From: Eledone cirrhosa
Lineage: Eukaryota
Direction of reading: 5' to 3'
Assembly: GCA_964016885.1 (NCBI GenBank)
Contig: OZ024742.1
Span: 101,246,001 to 101,310,000 of the forward strand
Length of the DNA stretch: 64,000 nt
The notes below the pieces were generated by a model, which made no database searches, was not told where the DNA came from, and saw only the letters and a program-made list of their open reading frames with translations. Position 1 is the stretch's first letter; the number at the start of each line of letters is the position of its first letter. Made by a program: the position numbers and the translations under genes. Shown here piece after piece: positions 1-12,489 of this stretch.

Positions 1-150
1 GACTGTTGTGGAACCTGCAAGGCAAACCCGTGCTTTAGCATGTAAAATACGTCTTGTGCATATTTTATTGAACTTCATCAATCAGAAAATATTTTGTTTC
101 CATCAATTTACCAGTTTACCATTTCTAAATATTCTTTCTCCCAACTGTAG

Positions 151-250
151 GTTCTAGATATTGTCATCCACAGACTTCTTGAAGTGCCACTGGCCAATAA
201 ATCCTTGGAGAATATATTGGAACATCTAGGAGGCCTTTACAAATTCCATG
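151..250 (+). CDS. MED23: MED23 internal coding exon (gene starts upstream of window)
   Basis: ctgtag| acceptor, |gtatgg donor; translates VLDIVIHRLLEVPLANKSLENILEHLGGLYKFH, matching recalled human MED23 VFDIVIHRFLELLPVSKSLETLLDHLGGLYKFH. Confidence 0.93.
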
Positions 251-1807
251 GTATGGATGTTTTTTGTTGTTGTTTTACCAAAATTAAGTTTATAAAAAAG
301 AAAGGGGTCAGTTGAGTTGACTCAGAGAGAGAATTGCAAGATTTGAACTCAAATACATCCTTTAAAATCTATAGAAATAATCTAAAATAATGCCATGTCA
401 ATTACTGCTATGTTGATATGCACCTTCATGGTTATGGTATCAGGATTCCTGTCATAAAGTCATTTGACCCCCCCAGACAAGCAGCACATTGTATTCATGA
501 CACTTCATTTCACATTGCCTCTGTCCACTCAGCTGGAAAAAAGACCCAGAAAAGGTTTGTGGGTAACTGTTCTTCTCTCCCTAACTAAACAGTTTAAAAA
601 AAACATGGATGGCTGTGTGTGCAAAACATTAGGATTAGATAAGGGACATAATTTTGCTTGCTCCATGGGACAAGGGATATGACTTTGCATGTTCCAAGGG
701 GTCAAGGGTCATAATTTGCTTGTTCCAGTTGGCCTTATATATATATATATATATAAAAGGTTAGAATTTCCAATATTTCTTGTTTATATTTCATAATATT
801 AAATTTTGAGTATTGAATGTTCAACTTTGTATCGATAATCAGCTATGATAGCTTATATATATGCATAAATCTCATTGTGTTCATATATATGTATCCAACT
901 GGCTGGTCGAGTTCTTTAACTGGCACAAATTCCTTTGTTTGAATTCAACTGCCAAACCATGTTTTTTAGTCTGTGATAAATTTCTTCCTCATTTAGAAGC
1001 AGGGTGTGAAATTGGCTCGGACTACTAGATTCCATATCCTGTAGTAACAGCTAACACATGCTGTATTGAACTATTTTGTGACTTGGGCATCCCTGCTGAT
1101 GAGTGTAACAGCCTGGTAACATAAATATCTGCATTTGGGAAGATATGTTGCACAGAAACGATTTCGTCCATTGTATGAGAATTTTACCTTTCTCTTTACC
1201 TAAACACTGCCACCGTATTTGCTGATAACTAAATGTGTGCACTCTGAACGGCTGATTGCAACTGCATTACTGCAATTCGATAAATTCATTGAGTGAGCTA
1301 GATGCTGGCCATGGACCGTTAATTTTATAATATATATATATATATATATAACTAGTTTTATTTCTTATTTTACAATAAAGGGGTTAATGTTAGGAAAGCT
1401 ATCCAGCTATAGAAATAGAAACTCCAACAAAATAAAGCCATTTCACCCATTGTTGTGTGTATTGACTTACTCTCAGGTACCAAATAATAGGAGAGGGGAA
1501 ATCAGTAATTTTTCTAGGTTGTTTGTTGATTTTAAAAAAAAAACAGTATTAGTCGTTTAGTTTACATATTGAGACCCCAACCCATCCAATTTACTTTATA
1601 ACATATGGGATTTCATGTAATGTACTTTTTTGTAATGTATAAAGAAAGTTAATTAGTGCAGGAATAAAACTTTGCCGGAGATAGATGAGCAAAATTTAAT
1701 AAGTGGTTGTTGGGTTGGAATAAGAGCGATGGAGTTGAAAAATTAATAAGCATGGGGATGATTATTCAAGACCCGAGAGTACATATATATTTTTCTCTAT
1801 ATTCCAG

Positions 1808-1906
1808 ATAGTCCTGTTATATATCTATACAACACTTTACACTATTATGAAAATAAACTCACAAATCAACACGTACTGAAGAGGAAGTTAGTACAAGCAA
1901 TAGTTG
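1808..1906 (+). CDS. MED23: MED23 coding exon
   Basis: ttccag| ... |gtaagg; (D)SPVIYLYNTLHYYENKLTNQHVLKRKLVQAIV(G); phase compatible with flanking exons. Confidence 0.93.
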
Positions 1907-2349
1907 GTAAGGACTTCATTTTCTTTCTTTTATAAACAAACTGTAAACTGAAACACGAACATATGCACATATATATATAAATATATATCATTATCATCGT
2001 TTTTACATCCACTTTTCCATGTTGGCAGAGGTTAGGTGGAATGTTTTGAAAAACCTTTTTACAGCCAGATGCCCTTCATGAGGACAACCCTTTAGTCACC
2101 TTTTATGATATGCAATGCAGGGATTCAGTGTACCTTTTCTAAAAACTGAATAATATTATCTATAGCTAAAAACATAAGTTTTACATGTGTCCGTTGCACA
2201 GGAGCAGTAAGTAACAAATGTTCACATGAAACAAGTGCTATCAAATTCTTGGAAAGTTCTGTAGAAGCAGTTAACTGCTTCTGTTACTTGGGTGAGTTTT
2301 TGTTACTTATCAAGATTGTGTATAAAGAAACCAAATATTAATAATGTTC

Positions 2350-2515
2350 GGGTTGGACGCCATGCTTTGCAGCATAGTTATGACCCTTTATGATCTGAAT
2401 TCAAATCCTGGCATGGTTAACTTTGCCTTTCATCCTTACAGGGTCGATAAAATAAAGTACCAGTAATACACTGGGTTAATTGCTGGCCTTGTGCCAAAAG
2501 TAGAAACAATTATTA
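2350..2515 (+). mobile_element. tRNA-derived SINE, degraded copy
   Basis: B-box-like TGAATTCAAATCC then ctttgcctttcatcc..gtcgataaaataaagtaccag; same family as 33906-34092 and 40056-40242. Confidence 0.7.
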
Positions 2516-4269
2516 TTCACTCACAAATACATTTAGGTAGCCACCATGTTAAGAACAAAAACAAATCTTGTTTTTTTTTTCCATTTTCGGCAAAGCTGGC
2601 TGTAAAATTGCTCGGTATGCAAATTAGGCTAATCAGCTGCTGTATACATTTGAGAATACTATGTATTCTCAGCAGTTCCAGTGAGTAGCAGTGACGAGAA
2701 TACACAGTCTCGAGAAGGAGCAAAAACTCAGAAACAATTGTCGACTGTTTTCTCCCAGCTACCGCTGGAACAAAACGATGACATTGGTCATCTGTAAAAC
2801 ATACATGGTGTTTATGAGGCTGTTTGCTTGCAAACAAACTGAATATTAATAATATTATTAATTTGGAATGTCAAATTAGATGAAATGCAGTTTGGTTTTG
2901 TGCCTGGGAAAAGTACAACAGATGCCCTCCTCTTAGTGAGACAACTACAAGAGAAGTTCTTCAAGAAGAATAAGCCACTCTACTTAACTTTTGTTGACCT
3001 AGAGAAGGCGTTTGATAGGGTACCCGATCTGTCATCTGGTGGTCCCTAAGGAAACTAGGTGTAGAGGAATGGCTTGTGAGGACAGTGCAAGCTATGTACA
3101 GAGGTGCTGTCAGTAAAGTGAGAGTAGGAATGGAGTTTAGTGAGGAATTCCAGATACAAGTAGGAGTACATCAGGGTTCGGTCCTCAGTCCACTCTTGTT
3201 CATTATAGTCCTCCAAGCCATAACAGAGGAGTTTAAGACTGGCTGCCCATGGGAACTCCATGCTGATGATCTGGTTCTTATAGCAGAATCAGTAGAGGAG
3301 CTAGAGAAGAAATTCTAGCTATCGAAACAGCAGTTGGAATCAAGAGGACTGAGAGTGAACCTAGCTAAGACAAAAGTGTTGATAAGTAGAAAAGAGGACA
3401 AAACTCTGATTCCATCAGGGAAATGGCCATGTTCGATATGTAGAAAAGGCACTGGCATAAATTCTGTAAAATGTACACAATGCAGATCCTGGGTACACAA
3501 GAGATGTAGTGGGATAGCAGGCAAACTAACAGGTAGGGAAAACTACGTATGCAGTAGATGTACAGGGAAATTTGACAGTAGTAATTGCAGTGATAGACAC
3601 ATTTTTCAAATGCAGGTGGATTCTATAGAAGTGGTTGATAGCTTCCGGTACCTAGGTGATCAGATTAGCATGGCAGGGGGGTTCCGAGGCCATAGTATCT
3701 AGAACACAGGTTCTCAACCCATTTAGGCCAAACGCCCCCTTTTGTCCCTCGAAATCACGAAAGGAACATAAATGGAACATAAATGTTCTTTTTTATGAAT
3801 AAGGACCAGTTGAATTTGTTATATTCCCACCAGGCGATACCAACTAGTTTGAACATTTATACAAGAGCAACTCTGTCTATCCAAAGAGTGCTCTTATCTG
3901 GAAGAAAGTGGCAATTATATCATTTCAAAGCTTTCCAATTGTCCCTTTAATGAAACAGACAGAATAAATGTTGATATCTAACTTGATGTCCCCTCTGCTT
4001 TGTGAGCTTAGAGAGCACGGAAGAGGGTTTTCATGACCACGCGGGAGGGTATATTTATTAGTAAATGGTAAAATATATACAACAAATGAGTAAGTGAATT
4101 GTAGTAGATGGTTTCCAGTCCAGTCAGACTGCAACTACAAATAAAAAAATTGTTAGTTTGCTTTGTAACAATAGCATATCTAAGTTTTCGGATAAATCAA
4201 CTTACTTTAACTTTGACCTCATTTCAATGGGACCCTTGAACTTTATGGAGTCTAGCTAACTCTTTGACG

Positions 4270-5290
4270 TCAGGCTGGATTTTTCGTAAGATGTAGCCGG
4301 AGATCTCCACATGTAATTACATTGTAGCGGTTGCGAGCCTTACTGAGCAGTCTGGAAACAGCACCAAACCTCCTCTTGACTAAGTATGAGCTTGGAAAAG
4401 GCAGAGCAAATCTCTTAGCCTCTGCATGTAGGTGTGGAAATCGACGCTGAATTTCCTCTTTCATCCAAAAAAGGGGTTCACCTATTTTGGGAAATCTAAT
4501 TTTGATCATGTCATCTGCTTGAAGTTCAATGAATTCTTCCTGAAATATAACGTCCAAATCATCGACGTTAGCTGTAAAGGGATCTGCTACCCACATTGGG
4601 ATTCCATCGGCAAAAGGTCGACAAACCATTCTCTCATGTTGTCTTGTAGCGCACGGAGGTGAGCGGTATAAATTTGGAGCTGTCATCGCTTACAATGTTT
4701 TGAACATTGGCGACACTAGGAAAATTATAGAATTCCCGTCAACAAAGATTCCTTTCGATGACATTCAATTTGGCCAGGAATGTTTTCACAGCATTCCTTG
4801 CTTTAAACAAGGTGATCTTCCCCTGCAAAGCCAAAATGACGCTATTGCATTTGTTGACGATGTCGGTGAGGTAGGCGCAGTTTTGCCTCACATCGAGGGT
4901 TTTCTTGTACAGTTCTGTGTTGCGTCCTCGCAGAAACTCAATGATAGAGTCGAACAGTTCAAAGAAGTGAGTAAGGCACTTGCCCTTTGAAAGCCACCTC
5001 ACTTCATTATGAAGGAGCAACTTCACGAATTCTTCGTCATTATCTTGGCACAGTTGCCGGAAAATTCGTTCATTGAGGGAATGCCGTTTGATAAAATTGA
5101 TGACATCAAGGGCCACCTGGAAGGACTTGCTCAGTGGCTTGCTGAGTTTCTTCACAACCAAGTGTTGTTGATGAATGACACAATGAACAACAAATACAGA
5201 TAGATTTCCTCTCTTCAGAAGAGTGACGAAACCCTTATGTTGGCTGACCATTGCTCTAGCGTCGTCCGTAGCACATGATACAATGTGTGT
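4270..5290 (-). pseudogene. hAT transposase remnant (catalytic region and C-terminal dimerisation domain)
   Basis: HCVIHQQHL, LLLHNEVRWLSKG, LPFPSSYLVKRRF and GDLRLHLT motifs across ORFs 4739-5251 and 4270-4686 (frameshifted). Confidence 0.88.
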
Positions 5291-5730
5291 TGTATTTGAT
5301 CCTAGATCTATGTATTACCTGCCTGTGTGTTGTAGGTAGTCCTAGATGTATGTATTACCTGCTTATGTATTGCATGTGGTCCTAGATGTATGTATTACCT
5401 GATTATGTGTTGTATGTGGTCCTAGATGTTTGTATTACCTGATTATGTGTTGTATGTGGTCCTAGATGTTTGTATTACCTGCTTATGTGTTGTATGTGGT
5501 CCTAAATGTATGTATTACTTGCCTGTGTGTTGTATGTGGTCCTAGATGTGTGTGCTACCTCCTTATGTGTTGCATGTAGTCCTAGATGTGTGTATTACCT
5601 GCCTATGTGTTGTATGTGGTCCTAGATGTGTGTATTACCTGCTTATGTGTTGTATATGGTCCTAGATGTGTGTATTATCTGATTATGTGTTGTATGTGGT
5701 CCTAGATGTGTGTGCTACCCGCTTCTGTGT
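5286..5730. repeat. 40-bp minisatellite, about 11 copies, inside the hAT element
   Basis: CCTAGATGTRTGTATTACCTGMTTATGTGTTGTATGTGGT recurring at 5301, 5341, 5381 etc. Confidence 0.92.
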
Positions 5731-7020
5731 TTTTTTTTTCTTTTTTTTATTTGTAATATTATTTATACAATAGGAAATAAAATAGATCTACATAGTGTTA
5801 ACTCGTTACGGTTGAGTCAATAATTTCAGACATGAAATACATTGTTATCGGTGAAGGAAAGACAAGATTCTAACTGGCTGGGATTGAAGTGTCCTTGACC
5901 CAGTTGACTGTGGGTTAGGATCTCAATTGCCGGTTAATGTCTAGACACGCCTGCACACCTACTCACAGCTGCAGTCAGACCATAGTTATGCTGTCTGCAT
6001 GCTCTTTCAAATGCATTCACACTGGCTGTCTCAAAGACATACAAATATGGCTTATAAAACTTACCAACATAAAGAGCCTTCCAGTGCACTCCAAAGCTCC
6101 AAACGCCCCCCTAATGCCCCCTGGATTTCCAAAACGCCCCCCCCCCTGGATGTCCGAAACGCCCCCTGGGGGTGCATATGCCCCCCGTTGAAAACCTTTG
6201 ATCTAGAATAAGGACAGGTTGAAAAAAGTTTAGGGAGCTGCTTCCTCTGTTGACAAAGAAGAGTTTCTCCCTGCGTACGAAAGGATGGTTATATGATGCC
6301 TGTGTGAGATGTGCGATGCTGCATGGTAGTGAGACATGGGCAACAACTACAGAGGATATGCGACGGCTGGAGAGAAATGAAGCAAGCGTGCTCCGTTGGA
6401 TGTGTAATGTCAATGTGCGTGAACGACCAAGCATAGATGAGTTGAGAGAGAAACTGGGTATAAGAGGGATAAGTTGTGGTGTGCTGGAGAGAAGACTGAG
6501 ATGGTATGGACATGTGATGCACATGGAGGATGACCGCTGGGTAAAGAAGTGCCAAGAAATCCCAGTAGAAGGAAGACGCAGTAGAGGAAGACCACGAAAA
6601 ACATGGGCAGAGGTGGTGAGAGCAGACCTCAGATCACTGAAAATCACAGAGGAGATGACGAAGGACCGTGACAAGTGGAGAGGTGCTGTGCTGAATAGGA
6701 CCCGTCCCACCCTTGCAAGCAGGGAAAAGCAGACGTAAAATGATGATGATGATGATCATGATGATGACACACTCACAAATACATTCAGGGTTACCACCAT
6801 GTTAAGAGAGAAAACAAATTCTGTTTTTTTATATATATATGATGAAAATATATATATATATATATATACAATACATAAACAGAGAAAGCCTTAAGCGATA
6901 CTCCGACCAACTCCATCTCACTCAACAAACATTAGGATATACCTAAGTATTATCCCAATTTAGTGTTTGGGGTGCTAACTAATCAGTATTGCGTGGATAG
7001 CTGGTTGTATTATTAAATAT

Positions 7021-8168
7021 ATCATCATCATCATCATCATCACCGTTTTACGTCCGTTCTTCCACGCTAGCATGGGTTAGACGGGTTGTCCTGTTGTGGG
7101 CAGTGTCTGGTCGGCTGACCATGCCTTGCTCATACAGGAACTGATCTGGCTTGATTTCTACAGCTGGATGCCCTTCCTAACACCAACCTCATTTACAGTG
7201 AGTGCTGGGTGCTTTTTCGTGGCGCCTACACGTCCACTTTACAGTGTGGGCTGGGTGCTTTTTTGCCGTGGCACCTCCACGACCACCTTGCGGTGGGGGG
7301 GGGGGGGGGGGGCATATTGTTTATATGCTTCAGCATGTACCCATGGGAGGTCGGGTACCCTGTATTACTGCGTGTCGCCAGAAGTCACGGTCGTGTGTCA
7401 TTGACTTTGAGAGGTGTAGTTGGGTAAGGTCGGCTTTTATCACCTCATCCCAAGTCATCTTGGGTCTCCCCACTCCGCGGTTTCCATCAACTTCTAGTGC
7501 TCTGCACCTTTTTATGCAGCTGTCATCCTTCATACGCATCACATGTCCATACCAGCGTAACCGCCTCTCCTGCACGCAGCATTTGATTCCTCTTATGCTC
7601 AGTCTCTCTCTCAATTCATTTATGCTTTGTCGTTCACGTATATTACTGTTACACATCCATCGGAGCATGCAGGCTTCGTTTCTCTCTAATCTACGTAAGT
7701 CTTCCACCTTCAGCGCCCAGGTCTCACTACCATGCAACATCGCTGTTCGGATACACGCATCATACAGTCTGCCTTTCATTCTGAGGGAGAAGCCTTTTGC
7801 AGCTAGCAGTGGTAGTAGTTCCCTAAACTTCTTCCATCCCGTTCTTACCCTAGTTATTGTACTTTCTGAGCACCCACCTCCGTTGCTAATTCGGTCACCT
7901 AGGTAGCAGAAGCTGTCTACTGTTTCTACAGGGCCCTCCCAGAGATTGGTGGTACTTGTTTCCTGTGGCTGTTTGCTTGCTGTTTCAGCACAGCTGCTGC
8001 ATGTGAATCCTACATTCTTAATTAAGCTTCCTGAGATCCCGCTACATCTCTTGTGTACCCATTGTTTGCATTTGGGGCAAAGAATGGAGTTCCTACCTAC
8101 ACCTTTCCTACATACTGAGCAAGGCCATTTCCCTGAGGGGATCTGGGTTCTGTTTTCTCGTCTACTTA
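7021..8168 (-). mobile_element. RTE LINE 3' fragment (second subfamily)
   Basis: ORF 7330-7779 (LYDACIRTAMLHGSETW...LRWYGHV), PHD-like WPCSVC..WVHKRC upstream, (CAT)n tail on + at 7021-7043. Confidence 0.88.
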
Positions 8169-8342
8169 TATATATATATATATATAGTTTCCATTTATTA
8201 ATATATTGAATATTTACTCCACTAATTTGTTGAGTGCTTTATATCAGTTATAACATTTTTAAGCTTGTTGAATCCCAACAAATTAAATATAACCTCTGCA
8301 TATATGTATATATGAAAATGTTTTGTTTTTATATATATATAT

Positions 8343-8960
8343 CCCACATAGGTAAAAATATAGGAAAATGAAGTTAAAAATGCAATTGGAGTTTTTAAAG
8401 TAGTTTATTTACAATAATTCATAACTTCACCAGTTTCATGATTTTCAAAAGTTAATAGAGATGGAGAGAGTATAATTTGATAGGTTGAAGATGATCACGT
8501 GATGAGGCACTGAATTTGGTGGTACTTTCATGCCATGGTTTAGTTAATATGGACACTGGCAATTCATGTGTGTTCAGATCAAATTATACTTAAACAGATA
8601 CCAACTTGAGCCACCTTTCTGCATAAAACTGAAAGAACCATGATGCCCCCAGTTTTTGGTGTGAAATTATCACAATATTCAATGCCTATCACATGATCTT
8701 CCTCAACCTATCAAATTGTACTTCAAACATATAGCCATCTAAGCCACAATTTTTGCATAAAACTGAAAGAAATTCCCAACATCAGTTAGATGCAAGTTAA
8801 AGTCTGTGTAGCCATACATCTCTCCATCTCTCTTAACTTTTGAAAATCATGAAACTTGTGAAACTGGTTAAGTTATAAATTATTGTAAATAAACCTTCTT
8901 AAAGACTCCAATTACATTTTCAACTTCTTTTTCCAGCCAGAAACAGTCCTATATGAGTGA
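8343..8960. mobile_element. Foldback/MITE-like element with long inverted arms
   Basis: About 8365-8470 is the inverted complement of about 8815-8932; inner arms about 8475-8535 vs 8660-8720. Confidence 0.6.
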
Positions 8961-9287
8961 GACACGGTCACCCGATCCAACTTACCTCTAAATGGGACAA
9001 ACCCATCTAATCCATGCTAGCATGGAAGATGGACATTAAACTATGATGCTGATGATGATGATATATATATTTGCTTAGTATTGACAGTTGTGAGAATTAC
9101 TTAATGCCATAGTAGGTATGAGTTTTGTTATTCTCTACTGCCAAGAGTTATAACTAATAGATAGTATCAGCAATTGAAAAACCAATGGAAACGTAGTTTC
9201 CTCAATCTAATCTGATGATTAGCTCCTTTTTTTATAATAACATTTTGTATTGTTAATATTTGTTGTTGTTTGTTCTACACCTAAAAG

Positions 9288-9425
9288 GTGCCCTCAAGGA
9301 GATACGACCTCCAAATTGGTGTTTGACGGAAGATTACCAGAATTACCTCCAGAAACCACCTGATGATTTGAATTGGATACCTGACCAGGAGTATTACATC
9401 CGTCTTGTTGGACGTCTTGTCAATA
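9288..9425 (+). CDS. MED23: MED23 coding exon, followed by U12-type donor
   Basis: taaaag| acceptor; (G)ALKEIRPPNWCLTEDYQNYLQKPPDDLNWIPDQEYYIRLVGRLVN; donor GTATCCTTT at 9426. Confidence 0.92.
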
Positions 9426-10493
9426 GTATCCTTTCTAATTTTCAGTTGACAGACAAATGTCACAGATTAGCTGTTTAACTGTTTTGATATCGTCAAACTG
9501 CATGAGGCTGGTTTTAGTCCTTTCTAATCTTCAGTTGACAAACAAATGTCACAGAGATTGATGGCTTTCTTGACTGTTTTCACACCATCACAATAACTGG
9601 ACTTGGTCCTTTCTAGCCCTCACTCAACGAACAACTGCCAGAGAGATTGAATGCTTTCTCTTTTTCTCTTGTGGTAGCGACACATTTTAGTGAGACTGAC
9701 TCCGGGGCTGTGATTCCAACACACTTGAGTGGGATTTACTCTAGTGTCATAATGCAGTTACACTTGAGTGTGACTTACCCTAGTGTCATGATACAGATAC
9801 ATTTGAGTTTGACTGACCCCAGTGTCATGATACACTTGAGCGTGACTGAACCTGGGGCTGTGATGCCAACACAATTGAGTGAGACTGAACCTGGGGCTGT
9901 GATGCTAACACAATTGAGTGAGACTGAACCTGGAGCTGTGATGCCAACACAATTGAGTGAGACTGAACCTGGGGCCAGGATGTCTGTTTCACATAAATGA
10001 GAAAGTGTAACTTTTGTCATGTGACACTCACCTGAGTGAGACTGGCTCAATGTGAGTGGAAAGACCTGTGTGCCATAATACCAACCTGAGTGAAACTTAC
10101 CCTTGTCCTATAATACCAACCTCAGTGTGACTCCTTTGTCCTATAATACCAACCTGAGTGTGACTGTCCCTTGTCCTATAATACCAACCTCAGTGTGACT
10201 GTCCCTTGTCCTATAATACCAACCTCAGTGGAAAAATTAAACTAATAGTGTCCACTTTTTACATCTCTAGGACCTTATATACCCAACTTGTCTGACTATT
10301 TTCATAGTAAAAAAAACTCACATTGAAGCAGCTTACTTTAAGCTAACATATTTACAAAAACAGGTTTGTATTGTTGAACCAGGGACAGTTTCAGGTGGTT
10401 TAGTATCAAAAGGGTTTTAAAGACATCATTGTATATATACAGGGCTGTTCAGTCAATGAATTATCTATCACTTTTTCCTTAAGCCATCATCAG
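9426..10493 (+). other. U12-type (minor spliceosome) GT-AG intron of MED23
   Basis: 5' splice site GTATCCTTT; branch site TTTTTCCTTAAG (10472-10483) about 10 nt before CAG; no polypyrimidine tract. Confidence 0.88.
9680..10230. repeat. 39-bp minisatellite grading into about 35-bp units, inside the first U12 intron
   Basis: GAGTGAGACTGAACCTGGGGCTGTGATGCCAACACAATT repeats, then ATAATACCAACCTSAGTGTGACTGTCCCTTGTCCT. Confidence 0.85.
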
Positions 10494-10659
10494 CTATCTC
10501 CGATGTTTCTCCCTCTCCGTTCCCTTGCTGTGACTGGCGTTTCAATGAATTCCCCAACCCAGCTGCTCATGCCTTACATGTCACCTGTATTGAAATAATG
10601 GCATTACCAATACCAAGTCAGATAGCAAGTGCTGCCCTCCTTGATGTTATTCTCACCAG
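10494..10659 (+). CDS. MED23: MED23 coding exon
   Basis: catcag| ... |gtaatc; (T)ISDVSPSPFPCCDWRFNEFPNPAAHALHVTCIEIMALPIPSQIASAALLDVILT, containing the MED23 motif DWRFNEFPNPAAHALHVTC. Confidence 0.95.
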
Positions 10660-10695
10660 GTAATCCCTCCCTCTCTCTCTCTTTATATATATATA

Positions 10696-10869
10696 CAGTA
10701 AAATTCCGTTATAATGAAATTCATGGGATACAAAAAAATTTCTTCTTACAAAAAATTCTTTATAATGAAATCGACCAGACACATCGAGTGTGTGGGCCGG
10801 GGATTGAAAGAAATTTGGTTATACTGAAAAATTTGTTATAATGGTATTCGTTATAACAGAATTTTACCT
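10696..10869. mobile_element. pogo/Tigger-like MITE
   Basis: TIRs CAGTAAAATTCCGTTATAA / TTATAACAGAATTTTAC in a TA context. Confidence 0.7.
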
Positions 10870-11001
10870 ATATATATATATGGTTAATATATATATATAT
10901 ATTAATCAAATGTAGTGTACATAGTGACCACAAAATATAAAGCTATATATCAATGTGTATGTATGTACAACTGTAACATCATCTAATGTTTCCTCTTTCA
11001 G

Positions 11002-11074
11002 CTGCACCAGAGTTCCGAGAGAAAAAGTAATGAGTTGGATGAATGCTGTTGCCCTCATACTCACCTCATTACCG
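11002..11074 (+). CDS. MED23: MED23 coding exon
   Basis: tttcag| ... |gtaatt; CTRVPREKVMSWMNAVALILTSLP. Confidence 0.9.
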
Positions 11075-12489
11075 GTAATTAATAAAACTTGTTTTACCAC
11101 TATCATCATCTTCGTCTTCTACTCAACTTTGTAATCATCATCATCATGGTTTTGCATCCATTTTACGCACCGGCATTGGTTGGATGGGTTGTAATGTTCT
11201 AAAACTAGACAGGTTGGATGACCACGTCCCACTCATATGTTCCACTTCGGCATGCCTTCTAAGGCTCGATGCTCTTCCTATTGCCAACTACTTTACATCA
11301 TGTATTGGAAGCATTTTATCATAGCACTGGCAATACCACTTTACAGAATGGGCTGAGTACATTTTTATCATGACACCAGCACTACCACTTTATAGGGTAT
11401 ACTGAGTACATTTTATCATAGCACTTGCACTACCACTTTACAGCGTGAGCTGGGTACATTTTATTGAAGTATCAGCATCATCACATGCAAAGTACACAGT
11501 GTGTTTCTGTGTGGCATTAACATTAGGGCAATCCTTGTGTCCTCAAGTGGGCAGGGAGAAGGGAGTGACAGGAGGATGGGAAATGAGAACATTGCAGAAG
11601 TAGCAGCTACATTTTGCTTGCTGAGTGACAGAAGGAGAGAGAGTGAGAGCAAGTTGAAGGTCATGGAGGCATCCTTCAAGACATAGTGTTATTAGCTGCT
11701 CATGGGGAAAAGAGGTAAATCCATAAGAATGATGGTTACATTCAAGGCCAAGATACTCCTATATACTGACTTGAAGATGGAAATTGCATGAATGTAGTCA
11801 ATGCCACTTAACTACATCAATATAATTCCACAAAAACTGAGAAAAAGTCTTAATTAGATAGACCTTAGATCACAAGCTCCTCTCCTACAAAAGACTACCC
11901 TGATGAGCATTGCACTTATACTCAGGAAAGTACTGTCTATCTAAGGGCCTTGTTGAGATTTAACTGGTTATAGAAGATCCAGTAATTATCATTTGTGTGG
12001 TGCAAACCATTAATAACAATGATGATTTCTTTATTAACTATAACAGGTTTACAAAGAGCACATTAAGGGTGGCACAATATGATACAGTGTGGTTTTATGG
12101 AAACATGTAAAAATGAGAAATAACATAAACATAACAAAAGAGGTAACAGTAAAATTAAAACAAAGGAAAAGTCCCCAAAAGCAGGGAGACTTCTGAAGGC
12201 CACTTTAGGAAAAACCCTTCAAAAACCCACATTCACCCTCATCATTAAATTAAATGGTGCCTTCTCCTAGTTGTCTTCCTCAACTCTACAGGTCCATGCT
12301 GAGAGCAGGCCTGATCACTCGGAACATACCCACCATTCTTATCCACTTTTCAACAAATTTTCTGGAAGGCAGCACTTTGCCCTTTACCCTCAGTTTTCAA
12401 TTTCCTTTTCAAATGAAACTTGAAAATGTCTATGTGGGTTTGGTGAAAAAGGAACATGTCTGTCTTCATCCTTTTCAGTCTCATTAATA

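Larger units (their letters stand above)
3705..6200 (-). mobile_element. hAT transposon, Buster/Charlie (ZBED5/SCAND3-like) group, defective
   Basis: 14-bp imperfect TIRs CACAGGTTCTCAAC / GTTGAAAACCTTTG; 8-bp TSD ATCTAGAA (3697-3704, 6201-6208) with central TA; subterminal AACGCCCCC repeats. Confidence 0.92.
2868..6765 (+). mobile_element. 5'-truncated RTE-clade LINE (RT with PHD-like insert), interrupted by a hAT element at 3705-6200
   Basis: QFGFVPGKSTTDA, GVHQGSVLSPLLF, HADDLVL, FRYLG; frame resumes after the hAT (KKFRELLPLL...LRWYGHV...RGRPRKTW); (ATG)n 3' tail; frameshifts and stops. Confidence 0.9.

Noticed and set aside
6220-6222. In-frame TGA in the RTE as selenocysteine or recoding
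   Set aside because: Other RTE copies have TGG (Trp) here; ordinary mutation in a dead copy
9647-10000. 117-aa ORF with repeated TQLSETEPGAVM
   Set aside because: By-product of a 39-bp minisatellite inside a MED23 intron
11895-11945. CTGATGA...GAAAGTAC hammerhead-like motif in a MED23 intron (sense)
   Set aside because: No convincing stem II or stem I and no NUH at the expected position
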